Shown: piece after piece, positions 38,602 through 48,648 of the stretch
How the letters are laid out: each line of letters starts with the position of its first letter
Numbering within the stretch: the stretch's first letter is position 1
Assembly: GCA_023246355.1 (NCBI GenBank)
Contig: JAHFIQ010000004.1
Location: 2,697 to 66,696, forward strand
Length of the DNA: 64,000 nucleotides
Source: Candidatus Uhrbacteria bacterium
GTDB lineage: Bacteria; Patescibacteriota; Patescibacteriia; UBA9934; GWF2-40-263
Direction of reading: 5' to 3'
Notes under the pieces: generated by a model
What the model saw: only the letters and a program-made list of their open reading frames with translations
What the model was told of the DNA's origin: nothing
The model's database searches: none
Made by a program: the position numbers and the translations under genes

Positions 38602-39372
38602 ATGCCCATCGATCCCAGTGACCTGAACGCACTTGCCGATGACAGGTTTCGACAAGGAGAAGGAGGCACAGCGCTCGCAAGGCGCGTGCAAGAAGACCCG
38701 GTCTCTGCTCTGCAGTTGATCGGCTCAACCTCGCTCGCCAGGGGGCAGAGCGCCAAAGCCTTGGACAACATCATCGGCGCGATCGGCGACGATGCGAAGG
38801 CCAAGGACTTGGTCGCGGAGCACGTGACCGCGGAAGTCCAAGCGGAAATCCTGGTGGCATGGGGGGACCGAGTGAGCTCGCTCGCTCAGATCGCCGACCC
38901 GGAAACGCTCATCCAGGCCATCTTCCGGATGAGCCATGAGGAAGGACATCTGGATCTGGCCGTGGCCTGCGCAACGGTTCGGGGGCTCGCGATGCAGATT
39001 CACGATCGTTCTGACTGGGACGAAGTGCTGGATCTGGAACTTTCCAGTGACTTCACCCTGCGGGATCTGCTCGTGATCGCGGTAGCTGCCGAGGTCGATC
39101 CTGTGGACTTGGATCCCAAGGACGCCGGTGATGATGACGAGGATGACGAGACGTCCAGTCAAGGAGCTCGACCGGCGGACGCCTGGGTGAATGTGGGACT
39201 CAATCCCGATGAGGCCGAAGAGCGACTGGAGGAGTTGGAACAGATGTCGCCAGACATCTGGCGCGAAGTGACGGATACGGCTCTGTTCTCTGCTCGTCTG
39301 GCTCTTTCCAAGAAGCGTGAAGAGCTCGGTCTGCCTGCGGATGCGACCCGCGGTTCGGCTCACGACGTGTAG
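38602..39372 (+). CDS. hypothetical acidic helical protein
   Basis: 256-aa ORF, 6 nt after the previous stop. Confidence 0.8.
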   Translation: MPIDPSDLNALADDRFRQGEGGTALARRVQEDPVSALQLIGSTSLARGQSAKALDNIIGAIGDDAKAKDLVAEHVTAEVQAEILVAWGDRVSSLAQIADPETLIQAIFRMSHEEGHLDLAVACATVRGLAMQIHDRSDWDEVLDLELSSDFTLRDLLVIAVAAEVDPVDLDPKDAGDDDEDDETSSQGARPADAWVNVGLNPDEAEERLEELEQMSPDIWREVTDTALFSARLALSKKREELGLPADATRGSAHDV

Positions 39373-39490
39373 CTCGCGATCGGCTTACCCACGCAGGGAG
39401 CCGATTTTCTTTCCCGTGACGGTCACGGGAGTTTTCTTCGCCGGTCATGATTCTCATGAACGTCGATTGAACCTTTCACTTGGGGATGCC

Positions 39491-41494
39491 ATGGAGACCG
39501 CACTTGTTCCTGTGCGGCGTTCCATCGCCCCACAGGTTTCTATCTCGCCCTTTGGAGCCATGATTGCCGATCTGGAAGCGCGTGCTTCACAGACCGGCCA
39601 CACTCACTTTGGCCGTGTCACGTGGTCGGCCCTTCCGGTGCGCCACCTGCTTGCTGATGCTGCCGCGCTCATCATCGATGCGGTGGGGAAGCGCAGTGAG
39701 ATGCGTTTGGGAACTCAGACAGACGCAGAACATATCGCCGAAGCCACAGATGCTCGGCTGAACGTGGGAGTGCTTCTGCTGTATGGAACACCTCAATCCG
39801 CGGCTGACGCCTTTGAGCTTCAAGTCTTTGGAGCCTTTAACCGTGCGATCAAAGTCGGATACCGTCCTGGGATGATTCTGACCGACGACGCGTGGCGGGC
39901 CCTGATGCGTGGTGCCTCAGGAATGGCTGTTCAGGAATTGAAGTCGCAGACGCCCTCGGGGGAGCAAGGAGATCTTGCGACCTTCTGGTGTCGTCCGGCG
40001 TATCTGTTTCTGGCGGCCTGTGTGAAGCGCGGAAGGGAACACACAGAAACCATGCGTGCTCGTGCAACGCAGCTCAACCATGAGAACGCTGTTCGCGTTT
40101 CTGAAGTTCATGTCCTGAGTGGTCTGTCTGGCCGTACCATCCGTTGGTTGGAAGGAGATAGCTCGCTCAAAGACCAGCTTGGGAAGGCCCTGCAGCTTTC
40201 CGCCAAGCTCGATGCCTACGAGGCCCTGCTTGCCGTGGGCATTGCCACGCTCAAAGCAGAACAGCCTCTGCGTGGTCACGAGATGTGCGTAGAAGAAAAT
40301 GGGATCTTTCTTCCCTGGCTCAACACCGCGGTTCTCAAGGTCGCCTTGGGGGATGTGAACATCACTCCAGGAGCACTCTCTCCCGAGCAAGCGGTTGAGG
40401 CACAGCAACGGTTGCGTGAACTCGACACCTCGGTGGTCACCGAGCAAGTGGTGTCCGTGGTTCGTTCAAGAGCCCGTCGCGTCGCACCTGCCTTGCTGGT
40501 CCGAGGCCTTGTCCAAGTTCGCGAACATCTCACCGGGCAGGTGGCGAGGCTTGTGAAGAGTCAGCATGCTCCCATGCTGGGTGATCATTTCATTGACCCC
40601 TACTTGGGAAACATCGCAAAGGTCGTGCTCACGCATGAATCCGCCATGGAGTACCTCGATCCCTTCAGCAATGATGATGTCCGCGAGCCATTGCCCGATG
40701 AGCTCATGGCCGCGATCGAAGCCGCGCTTGAGTGGAAACGGTTTGACCCAGAAGAGTTGCAGATGCTGATTGAGGGAGGCTCGCTTCCCCATGAGGTCAT
40801 CGTCAGACACCTGGGCGATCTGACCGCATCCGCCAAAAAGAAAGCTGTTGACACGCTGGTGGAATATCATCCAGAGCTCGTCAACGTGTTGCTCTCTACA
40901 GGGCATCTCGTGTGGGGGCGGGGTTTGGCTGAACGCTGTCTGCCGCATCTGTCTCCGGAATACCTGGCTCGTGCGCTCTGCGAGTCGCTTCTTCAGGAAA
41001 CCGCGTTTGAAGACACTCTGTCCAAATACGTCGGGATCATGCTCTTGCTGCCAGAGGCAAGGCTTCGAGAGATTTGGGCAGACCCCAGGTATCACGAAGC
41101 GCTCGTTGACTTCATGGACGCATTCCTCTTTGACAGTGGTGCCACGGACATTTCAGATGTACAGGAGAAGGCTCTTGCTGAGCGTGTTCTTACGTCCTTT
41201 CGGACCTACGGGCTTGAGGCCTACGTCAAGTTCCGCTCGGCGATCTACGGTGAGGAACCGCTCGTGCCCAAGTCAGAGCGGATGATGCCTCGATGGGAAC
41301 AGACCGCGTCGAGCAAACGCACGAGTTGGACCCTGGTCGTGCGCATGCGGCGGGTCTTTTCCAAGCACCTCGCTGCGATGATCGGTGAACTGTCAGAGGA
41401 AGAGTGTTTTCGACGCTTGGTCCATGACCGCCCAGATCGTGATCAACGTGTGCACGTGTTCCTTGCCAATCGGTCACGCTTCTACGGACCGTAA
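39491..41494 (+). CDS. large hypothetical helical protein
   Basis: long ORF, GGGGA RBS, terminator after 41505. Confidence 0.8.
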   Translation: METALVPVRRSIAPQVSISPFGAMIADLEARASQTGHTHFGRVTWSALPVRHLLADAAALIIDAVGKRSEMRLGTQTDAEHIAEATDARLNVGVLLLYGTPQSAADAFELQVFGAFNRAIKVGYRPGMILTDDAWRALMRGASGMAVQELKSQTPSGEQGDLATFWCRPAYLFLAACVKRGREHTETMRARATQLNHENAVRVSEVHVLSGLSGRTIRWLEGDSSLKDQLGKALQLSAKLDAYEALLAVGIATLKAEQPLRGHEMCVEENGIFLPWLNTAVLKVALGDVNITPGALSPEQAVEAQQRLRELDTSVVTEQVVSVVRSRARRVAPALLVRGLVQVREHLTGQVARLVKSQHAPMLGDHFIDPYLGNIAKVVLTHESAMEYLDPFSNDDVREPLPDELMAAIEAALEWKRFDPEELQMLIEGGSLPHEVIVRHLGDLTASAKKKAVDTLVEYHPELVNVLLSTGHLVWGRGLAERCLPHLSPEYLARALCESLLQETAFEDTLSKYVGIMLLLPEARLREIWADPRYHEALVDFMDAFLFDSGATDISDVQEKALAERVLTSFRTYGLEAYVKFRSAIYGEEPLVPKSERMMPRWEQTASSKRTSWTLVVRMRRVFSKHLAAMIGELSEEECFRRLVHDRPDRDQRVHVFLANRSRFYGP

Positions 41495-41579
41495 CAGTCA
41501 CAACGACCTGGCCAGCAAATGGCCGGGTTTTATTATTGGACAGCTGTTTGCCAATCGCTTATACTCATCGAGAATTGAG

Positions 41580-41654
41580 GCCGGTGTAGCTCAGGGGTAG
41601 AGCAACACTTTTGTAAAGTGAAGGTCGTGGGTTCGAATCCCTCCACCGGCTCCA
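41580..41654 (+). tRNA. tRNA-Thr(UGU)
   Basis: cloverleaf, anticodon TGT, CCA. Confidence 0.92.
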
Positions 41655-41693
41655 TTGACTTATTTCAACGCCACCAGTAGGATCCTCCCATCT

Positions 41694-41849
41694 ATGTCAC
41701 AAGATAATCTCGTCAACCTCGAATGTACGCAGTGCAAACGCGTTGGATACCAGAGCAAGAAGAACAAAAAAAAGCTCAAGGATCGTCTTGAGATGAAGAA
41801 GTTTTGTAAGTGGTGCAAAGGACACGTCCTCCATAAGGAGACAAAATAA
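41694..41849 (+). CDS. rpmG: 50S ribosomal protein L33 (Zn-binding form)
   Basis: LECTQC..KNKK..RLEMKKFCKWC..HKETK. Confidence 0.95.
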   Translation: MSQDNLVNLECTQCKRVGYQSKKNKKKLKDRLEMKKFCKWCKGHVLHKETK

Positions 41850-41971
41850 GACTGTTGAAATTCCTTCATCTGCTGCGTTGCGGGACCCGGCCATCGCTTC
41901 GCTGTAGGATTACCTACAGCTCCAGCGACTGGCCACCCGCGCCTTGCAGCTGAAGTTTTTCAACAGTCTTA
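41847..41971 (-). repeat. structured repeat family A, copy 1
   Basis: taagactgttgaaa/tttcaacagtctta IR; core is the reverse complement of 61957-62076. Confidence 0.88.
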
Positions 41972-42034
41972 AATGAAAATCCCCACCTGTTGGTGAGGAG
42001 TGGAGATCGACCGCGTGTCGATCTTTTCGTTTGG

Positions 42035-42601
42035 CTACTCGCTCTGGAGCGCCTTTTCGATCTCGGTCCAGTTGTGCGGATCCTGACCTTCGCCGCCCGA
42101 GACCCAGCTTGCGCGCACGCGACCATCCTGGATCAGGATCAGTGCGTTCTTGGTGCGGCTGCTGAGGTTCGGAGGGTTGATCCTCAGAAGTCGCGACAGC
42201 GTGGCGCTGGGGGAGAACACGGTGCAGCGGGTGGGCTCACGTGTCAGGCCATGCAGGCCCGTGAGGATTCCGCAGCTGTAGAGGACACTGCCGATGAAGT
42301 CGGTCGCGCCACCACCGACCATGACGACCGGTACGCCGAGCCGCTCGCCGTGGCGAAGTACTTGTCCGATTGCGCCGTAATCAGCGAGATCTTCCACACA
42401 CACGAGAAGGTAGGTGCCGTCGCCGGGAAGGAGTTCGCCCACATGGAGCGTTCCGCCGTTGACTGGGGTCACACCACCCACGGGCTTTCGATGGATCTGG
42501 AAGGTGGCGTCTTCTGGCCACTCGATGAGGCTGGTGCTGTGGCCCTTGGACGGGCCGGAGGGAGCAAGGGCGGGAGGAGGAAGAGCGGGCGAGAGAGACA
42601 T
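42035..42601 (-). CDS. hypothetical protein, possible degenerate peroxiredoxin fold
   Basis: C-terminus ALILIQDGRVRASWVS...WTEIEKAL resembles Prx/Tpx ends. Confidence 0.6.
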   Translation of the reverse strand: MSLSPALPPPALAPSGPSKGHSTSLIEWPEDATFQIHRKPVGGVTPVNGGTLHVGELLPGDGTYLLVCVEDLADYGAIGQVLRHGERLGVPVVMVGGGATDFIGSVLYSCGILTGLHGLTREPTRCTVFSPSATLSRLLRINPPNLSSRTKNALILIQDGRVRASWVSGGEGQDPHNWTEIEKALQSE

Positions 42602-42750
42602 GGGTGCGTTCAACTCCGGGGGATGGTGGATGTGCATCCGCAAACAGGAGTGTTTCGGAAACACGAGCGCGATTCTACCCTGGCACTCTGAGCAAGTCAA
42701 TGCATGCCTGTGGATGGCGGGGATTCGCTCTGTGGTAGAATTTCACCACT

Positions 42751-43926
42751 ATGGTTTCACAAGATCTCGTCATCATCGGTGGAGGCTTTGCTGGAGTGTA
42801 TACCGCCCGTGGGCTGCTCAAGCGCGGCATTCCTGTGACCCTGGTGAGCGATGATAATCACTTCACGTTCACGCCTCTGCTGCACGAGGTTGCCACCGGT
42901 TCGCTGCTTCCCAATGACATTATTTTTGAATACGAACGTTTTTTTCATTCCAAGGCATTTCGGTTTATTCGAGGCCGCGTGGAAGATCTTGATCCTGAGA
43001 AAAAAACGATTCGCCTTACAGGCGGGCATAGCCTTGAGTATTCGTATCTGGTGATCGCCACCGGTTCTGTGACCAATCTCACCCAGGTGGCAGGATCACA
43101 ACATGCCTTTGTGCTCAAAGACGTGCATGATGCCGTGAAATTGAAGTCCGCGATTCTCGCTCGTGCACAAGATTACAATCGTCACGTCGCCATTTCGGTG
43201 GTGGGAGGCGGGCCGACAGGACTCGAACTCGTGTTTGATTTGGATTTGATGTTGCGCGCTTTACGTCGCAAGAATCCAGATTCTCACTACACGCTGCGCG
43301 TCGTTCATGGCTCTGACACGTTTTGTTCCATGAGTGTTCCACCGGTTCAAAAGTATATTCGCCGGGCGCTTGAGAGAGCAGGAATCGAGATTATCTGCAA
43401 CGCGATGGCGCAGGAGATCACACAGGACGAAATCAAGACGACTCAAGGAACATTTCATTCAGATGTGACGATTCTCTGTGCAGGTGTCTTACCCAACACC
43501 TCAATGCTTGGCACGCTCAAAAAAGACGAGAAAGGTCATATTCCCGTGAACGCGTTTTTGCAGACCCTGGAGCATCCTTCGATCTTTGCGTTGGGCGACA
43601 TCATTGCGGTGAATGGCACACCGGTTCCCAAACTTGCACAGACCGCTGTGAGAGAGGCAGATGTGGTTGCAGCCAATATCCAGAGTCTCATCAACAGTGA
43701 GCCACCTCGCGTTTCATACAAAGCGCAAGTCATTGGCATGCTGTTCTCCCTTGGATTTGGCGACGGTGTGGGAGTGATCGGACGGGTTGTGGTCAAAGGT
43801 ATTCCCGCCTGGTATCTTTGGCGCACGGTGTATCTCTTTAAAACTCCTGGCCTGTTTAACAAACTGCGCGTTGCCTTTACGTGGACGCTTGGCTTGTTTC
43901 AGGGCAGAAACTTAACAGAACTCTAA
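42751..43926 (+). CDS. ndh: type II NADH dehydrogenase family FAD oxidoreductase
   Basis: GGGFAG, FTPLL.EVA.G, GGGPTGLE, FALGD, AQTA. Confidence 0.85.
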   Translation: MVSQDLVIIGGGFAGVYTARGLLKRGIPVTLVSDDNHFTFTPLLHEVATGSLLPNDIIFEYERFFHSKAFRFIRGRVEDLDPEKKTIRLTGGHSLEYSYLVIATGSVTNLTQVAGSQHAFVLKDVHDAVKLKSAILARAQDYNRHVAISVVGGGPTGLELVFDLDLMLRALRRKNPDSHYTLRVVHGSDTFCSMSVPPVQKYIRRALERAGIEIICNAMAQEITQDEIKTTQGTFHSDVTILCAGVLPNTSMLGTLKKDEKGHIPVNAFLQTLEHPSIFALGDIIAVNGTPVPKLAQTAVREADVVAANIQSLINSEPPRVSYKAQVIGMLFSLGFGDGVGVIGRVVVKGIPAWYLWRTVYLFKTPGLFNKLRVAFTWTLGLFQGRNLTEL

Positions 43927-43937
43927 TTCTCACTTCT

Positions 43938-44630
43938 ATGTTCAAGTCCTTGTTTCCCGCACTGCTGTTTCCCCTTCTTCTGATCGGTGCTGGCTGTTCC
44001 AAAACGTCTCTTTCCACGAACGCCGATTCACAACTTACCATCACCCCTGTCTCGATCGAAGAATCGGCTCCGGTTGATGCGACGGTTTTGGTTGATGGGA
44101 CCTACACACTTGATACAGCATCGAGTTCCATTGTTTGGAACGCGGAAAAACGTGTGGGTGCGCATCACACCGGAACCGTTGAGGCAGAACAAGGCGCGGT
44201 GGTGATTGAAAACGGTGAGGTGACCGGCGGTTCGATGGAGGTGAATATGCGCTCCATCGCGGATACGGATTTGACCAGTGAAGAGGATAATAAAAAACTC
44301 GTTGGCCACTTGAAGTCAGAAGACTTTTTCAATGTCGCTGTCTATCCAACCGCCACGTTTGCTCTTACGAGCGTGACCACGGTGGAAGGTGAGGAGACAC
44401 CGCAGGCGACGGGCATCATGACGATCAAAGGGATTGAAAACGAAGTGACGTTTCCAGCGATGTTTGTGATGACCGATGCAGGTGTTCGTCTCACGGGAGT
44501 CGTCACCTTGGATCGAACACTGTGGGACATCCGTTACGGCTCTGAAACGTTTTTTGAAAATCTCGGCGATAATTTGATTGAGGACCAGTTCGCTCTGACA
44601 TTGGATGTGGTGTTTGCGAGTGCGGAGTAA
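43938..44630 (+). CDS. YceI family lipoprotein
   Basis: lipobox LIGAGC; HLKSEDFF..YPTA, DRT.WDI.Y. Confidence 0.9.
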   Translation: MFKSLFPALLFPLLLIGAGCSKTSLSTNADSQLTITPVSIEESAPVDATVLVDGTYTLDTASSSIVWNAEKRVGAHHTGTVEAEQGAVVIENGEVTGGSMEVNMRSIADTDLTSEEDNKKLVGHLKSEDFFNVAVYPTATFALTSVTTVEGEETPQATGIMTIKGIENEVTFPAMFVMTDAGVRLTGVVTLDRTLWDIRYGSETFFENLGDNLIEDQFALTLDVVFASAE

Positions 44631-44689
44631 GTCAAACAAAAATCGCCCAGCTCGCAGGGCGGTTTTTTTGTTGTTCAAGTATGACCTCG

Positions 44690-45637
44690 TCATCGTGTTT
44701 GAGATCCATTTCCGGTAACGAATAAGATCGACAACACCGTAAACAACGTGATGTGAGCGTAGACTTGTTCGCCGAAGAAGAAAAAAGAAAGGGAGAGAAC
44801 AATGAAGGCGATCAGGGAGACCAGACGAGTTTTGATGCCCAGCACGAGCAGGATTCCGATCGCGAGTTCCACCATGCCCACCCATAGCACCCAGGCTTCG
44901 GGAGTGATGGGAATAAAACGTGTCAGTGAAAATTGTTCAACGACCAGGGCGCTGGCATGTGGATTCAGAAATTTTTCATAGATCGCCAGAAAGATCATGG
45001 ACACTCCAATCCCCAGGCGCAGGATCAGCGGCACAAAACGACGTAGGTGTTTGAAAGGAGAGAGAAAGGGAAGTTCAAGCAGATGATCAAGTCCTGGCCG
45101 TGGGTCGGCAAAGATGAGCAGGGAGAGAGCGAGGGCGAGAAATTCGGTGGATCCGAGTGTGTACGAGTTCATGCCAAGCGCAAAGAAAAAAAGCAGGATC
45201 GTTGCAAGAGTCGCTGGTGTCAGAAGAAATCCAACCAGAATCAAGAAGCCGAGAAGAAATTCAATCGTGGCGATGAACGGAAACGTTTCCATTCCAGGAC
45301 TTAGCAAGGCCTGCGAGCTTCCTGCGCCAATGAGCGTGATGCCCAGAGCCAAGCGGATCATCCACGGGAAAAAGGCTTCATACTGATGACGGCAGTCAAC
45401 GATATGCGCGTGTTCGTCCTTCACGAGTCGACTCCGTGAAGCGAGGACGTAGATGACGCTGAACACGATGAGAGAAGCACCAAGTAAGATCCACGCCGAG
45501 TGATCACTCAAAGCTCGCAGAAGAAACAGGTCGTCCCGTCCTGCCCAGGCGTCGAAAGACTCACCTGACACCACGTAACGGACATGCGCCTCTGCGAGCC
45601 TTGGAAGCAAGAGAGGAAGAGCAAAAAGCCATTTCAT
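44690..45637 (-). CDS. DoxX family membrane protein (two repeats)
   Basis: AHVRY, LRLGIG..EK, ELAIG..L.LG..TR. Confidence 0.85.
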   Translation of the reverse strand: MKWLFALPLLLPRLAEAHVRYVVSGESFDAWAGRDDLFLLRALSDHSAWILLGASLIVFSVIYVLASRSRLVKDEHAHIVDCRHQYEAFFPWMIRLALGITLIGAGSSQALLSPGMETFPFIATIEFLLGFLILVGFLLTPATLATILLFFFALGMNSYTLGSTEFLALALSLLIFADPRPGLDHLLELPFLSPFKHLRRFVPLILRLGIGVSMIFLAIYEKFLNPHASALVVEQFSLTRFIPITPEAWVLWVGMVELAIGILLVLGIKTRLVSLIAFIVLSLSFFFFGEQVYAHITLFTVLSILFVTGNGSQTR

Positions 45638-45696
45638 ATAACGCTATCTTATCACGAATCTTGCAAGGGATGAGAAAAAATCGTAGAGTCATGCGC

Positions 45697-46695
45697 ATGA
45701 AATCGACTCTCGAGAATCATTTGCGTGACATGCTCACACTCGCGATTGTCCATAAACCATCGGCACGAGCATTGATTGTGTTTGACCATGCGTCAGGGTT
45801 AGCACGGCTGCTCACCGATGCCTACCACGCGATTCTCCCTACGGCCACGATGATTGAATTCTCTCCAGAAGCAGCTGGGGAGATTCGTGCAAGCGCCAAC
45901 GCTTTATCGCCTGGGGATCTGGTGATCCTTGTTCAGTCATCGAGTTTTCGTTTGAACGATTTTCGTTTTCGCTTGGAGTTATTTAATCGGAACCTTGCGG
46001 TTATTGAGCATCCCCATCTTGGTCGAATGCCTGAGAGTGAATTTCAAACGTATATCGATTCACTTGCGTATGATGCTGGTTATTATCGAACATTGGGTCC
46101 AAAGCTCAAAGAACGGATCGATAAAGCGAAGAAGATTCTTGTGAATGGTCCAGGGGCACAGCTTGAGTACTCCACGACGTTTGAAACAGCCAAACTGAAC
46201 ATTGGCGACTACACAGGCATGAAAAATATTGGCGGACAGTTTCCCATTGGAGAAGTGTTTACCGAACCTGTGAATCTCGATGGTGTGAACGGAACGGTGA
46301 AGTTGTTTGCCTACGGTGGGATGGGTTTCAAATTGGCGGTGCCAGAGGAGCCTGTTCTGGTCGTGATTGAAAAAGGGTTGATCGTGGATGCTCCAAACGC
46401 GCCGCACTCATTTACCGAGGTCCTTGATCAAATTCGTCAGGACGAACCGCTCTGGGTCCGTGAACTTGGCTTTGGTATGAACCGTGCCCTGACCCGAAGT
46501 CGGTTGCTCACGGACATCGGCAGCTACGAACGCATGTGTGGCATTCACCTTTCGCTTGGACAGAAGCACACGGTCTACGCCAAGCCGGGTTTTTCAAAAC
46601 GCAAAAGCAAATATCATGTGGATGTCTTCGTTGATGTGACGACCGTGCAGATCGAAGGGGAGACGGTGTACCGAGATGGTGCCTACTGCATCTGA
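45697..46695 (+). CDS. M29-like (thermophilic) aminopeptidase
   Basis: PIGEVF, ELGFGMN, ER..GIHLSLG, HVD. Confidence 0.75.
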   Translation: MKSTLENHLRDMLTLAIVHKPSARALIVFDHASGLARLLTDAYHAILPTATMIEFSPEAAGEIRASANALSPGDLVILVQSSSFRLNDFRFRLELFNRNLAVIEHPHLGRMPESEFQTYIDSLAYDAGYYRTLGPKLKERIDKAKKILVNGPGAQLEYSTTFETAKLNIGDYTGMKNIGGQFPIGEVFTEPVNLDGVNGTVKLFAYGGMGFKLAVPEEPVLVVIEKGLIVDAPNAPHSFTEVLDQIRQDEPLWVRELGFGMNRALTRSRLLTDIGSYERMCGIHLSLGQKHTVYAKPGFSKRKSKYHVDVFVDVTTVQIEGETVYRDGAYCI

Positions 46696-46731
46696 AACGA
46701 AAAACGATCACCTTGCGATGATCGTCTCTCG

Positions 46732-46806
46732 TGGCAGGGGCGCAGGGATTCGAACCCTGAATGAGAGTTTTGGAGACTCTAGTGATAGCCATTTCACTAC
46801 ACCCCT
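46732..46806 (-). tRNA. tRNA-Trp(CCA)
   Basis: cloverleaf on minus strand, anticodon CCA, CCA end. Confidence 0.95.
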
Positions 46807-46896
46807 ATTTGGAAACAGTCCCTGTCTAACTTTGGACGGCTGCATTATAATGGACACGACTAAGTCTTACAAGCTCGTCATGAGCATTCTTTTCTT

Positions 46897-47862
46897 ATGA
46901 AACGCTTTATTCCTCTTCTTTTTCCGCTCATTGTTTTAGGCTTCGGATGCGCTTCTGCTGATTCACCTTCCGCGTCATCGACGAGCGAGGTTGAAGCGGA
47001 TGCGTCCACAACCACTGAAGCCGTAAACGAGGAGACAGCCATTGAGAACGAAGTCGAGCAGCCTGAACTCAATCCTGATCTCCCACCCATCATCGACACA
47101 CATGCTCATATTTATCCTGTGTCCAAAGAAGCCAACGAAGCCTACGTGGATGATCTTGTGGCTGCGGCCATGGAAAACGGGGTGAGCAAAATTTTGCTTG
47201 GTTTGAATGCGCGCCAGGTTCCAGATCGTCCGCCAACGTTTTCTTCCGAGCATGACGAAATGGTTTTGGATGCCTACGAACGCTATCCGGACGTGATCGT
47301 TCCGACGCTCAATGGATTTGATCCTGAAGATGAAGCTGCGCCCGAGTATGTTCGTGAGCAGTTGAAAACAGGGAAGTGGAAAATGGTCGGAGAGCTGGAT
47401 GTACGCAATCCCATCAAGCAGAATTCGATCGCCGCAGATTCCGATGTCCTCATGGACATTTACGACATCGCCGGTGAGTATCATGTTCCTGTGATGCTGC
47501 ACTTTACCTTTGCTTTTGGAACAGACGCCGAGAGTGGCAAGGCAGAGCTTGAACGCGCACTCTCTGGCAATCCGGACACGATCTTTATCTACGCGCATAG
47601 CTGTGCTTCCGAGATTGCGCTTCTCATGAGGTCGCATGACAACCTGTACTGTGAACAAGAATCCGGTTCTCCTGCCCCGGGCATTGATTTTTCGCGAGTC
47701 ATTCTGGGCACAGACATTCAGGTGACGGAGCGCGCACCAGAAAAAGTGGCGGACCATTATGCAGACGTGATCGATGCATTGCGTGACACCATCTCCACCT
47801 GGAGCGATGCAGATCAGCTCGCGGCTCGGATCGAGACGCCCACGGCTTTGTTTGGATTATGA
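46897..47862 (+). CDS. amidohydrolase/TatD-like lipoprotein
   Basis: lipobox LGFGC; IDTHAH, GEL, H, AH, GTD motifs. Confidence 0.8.
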   Translation: MKRFIPLLFPLIVLGFGCASADSPSASSTSEVEADASTTTEAVNEETAIENEVEQPELNPDLPPIIDTHAHIYPVSKEANEAYVDDLVAAAMENGVSKILLGLNARQVPDRPPTFSSEHDEMVLDAYERYPDVIVPTLNGFDPEDEAAPEYVREQLKTGKWKMVGELDVRNPIKQNSIAADSDVLMDIYDIAGEYHVPVMLHFTFAFGTDAESGKAELERALSGNPDTIFIYAHSCASEIALLMRSHDNLYCEQESGSPAPGIDFSRVILGTDIQVTERAPEKVADHYADVIDALRDTISTWSDADQLAARIETPTALFGL

Positions 47863-48647
47863 CAACACTGGCATTCGTTCTTCTTTCGACCTTTGGCATT
47901 GCCGTTCTTTCTCTGGTTGGGATTGTCTTTTTATCCGTGAGCGAACATCGCCTCGCGCCTCTTGTGCTTCTGTTGGTCGCGCTCTCGGCCGGCGCCATGT
48001 TGGGTAATGTCGTGTTTCATCTGTTGCCTGAAACCTTTGAAACCGTACAAGCCGGGGAGATCACCTTGTTCTTGGCCATGTTGCTCTTTGTTGGTTCGTT
48101 TGTTCTTGCGTTTTTCTTTGAATTATTTTTTTCTGCGTACCATTGCCACAACGTCGCTCACGCTGGTGAAGGAGAGAGTGTCATTGTCTGCAACCATCGC
48201 ATCAAGCCATTTGCGCAACTCGTTCTCTATAGTGATGCGCTTCACAATTTCATCGATGGGCTGATTATCGCTGCTTCGTTTGCTGTGTCTATTCCCTTGG
48301 GACTCACCACAACCCTGGCGGTTGCCCTCCATGAGATTCCTCAAGAGCTGGGAGATTTTGCGGTGTTGCTCCACGGAGGTTACAAAAAAAAACAAGCGCT
48401 CCTGTATAATTTCATCTCGGCGCTGACCGTCGTTGTCGGTGGAGTGATTGGATACTTTGTCACGTCTTCCGTGAGCGTTGCGGTTCCTGTGCTTTTGCCC
48501 TTTGCGGCTGGTAGCTTTCTTTATATCGCTGCCGCAGACTTGATGCCAGAGTTGAAGCATCAAGAAAAAATGAGCGAGACCGTTCTTCATGCGTCAGTGT
48601 TTTTGGTTGGGTTAGTGCTGATGGCGCTTACGGCCTTTCTTGAGTAG
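47859..48647 (+). CDS. ZIP family metal transporter
   Basis: HNFIDG, HEIPQELGD. Confidence 0.93.
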   Translation: MTTLAFVLLSTFGIAVLSLVGIVFLSVSEHRLAPLVLLLVALSAGAMLGNVVFHLLPETFETVQAGEITLFLAMLLFVGSFVLAFFFELFFSAYHCHNVAHAGEGESVIVCNHRIKPFAQLVLYSDALHNFIDGLIIAASFAVSIPLGLTTTLAVALHEIPQELGDFAVLLHGGYKKKQALLYNFISALTVVVGGVIGYFVTSSVSVAVPVLLPFAAGSFLYIAAADLMPELKHQEKMSETVLHASVFLVGLVLMALTAFLE

Positions 48648-48648
48648 C

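Noticed and set aside
36175-46806. tRNA-targeted integrative element with att repeats
   Set aside because: No duplicated tRNA 3' end found by eye and no integrase.
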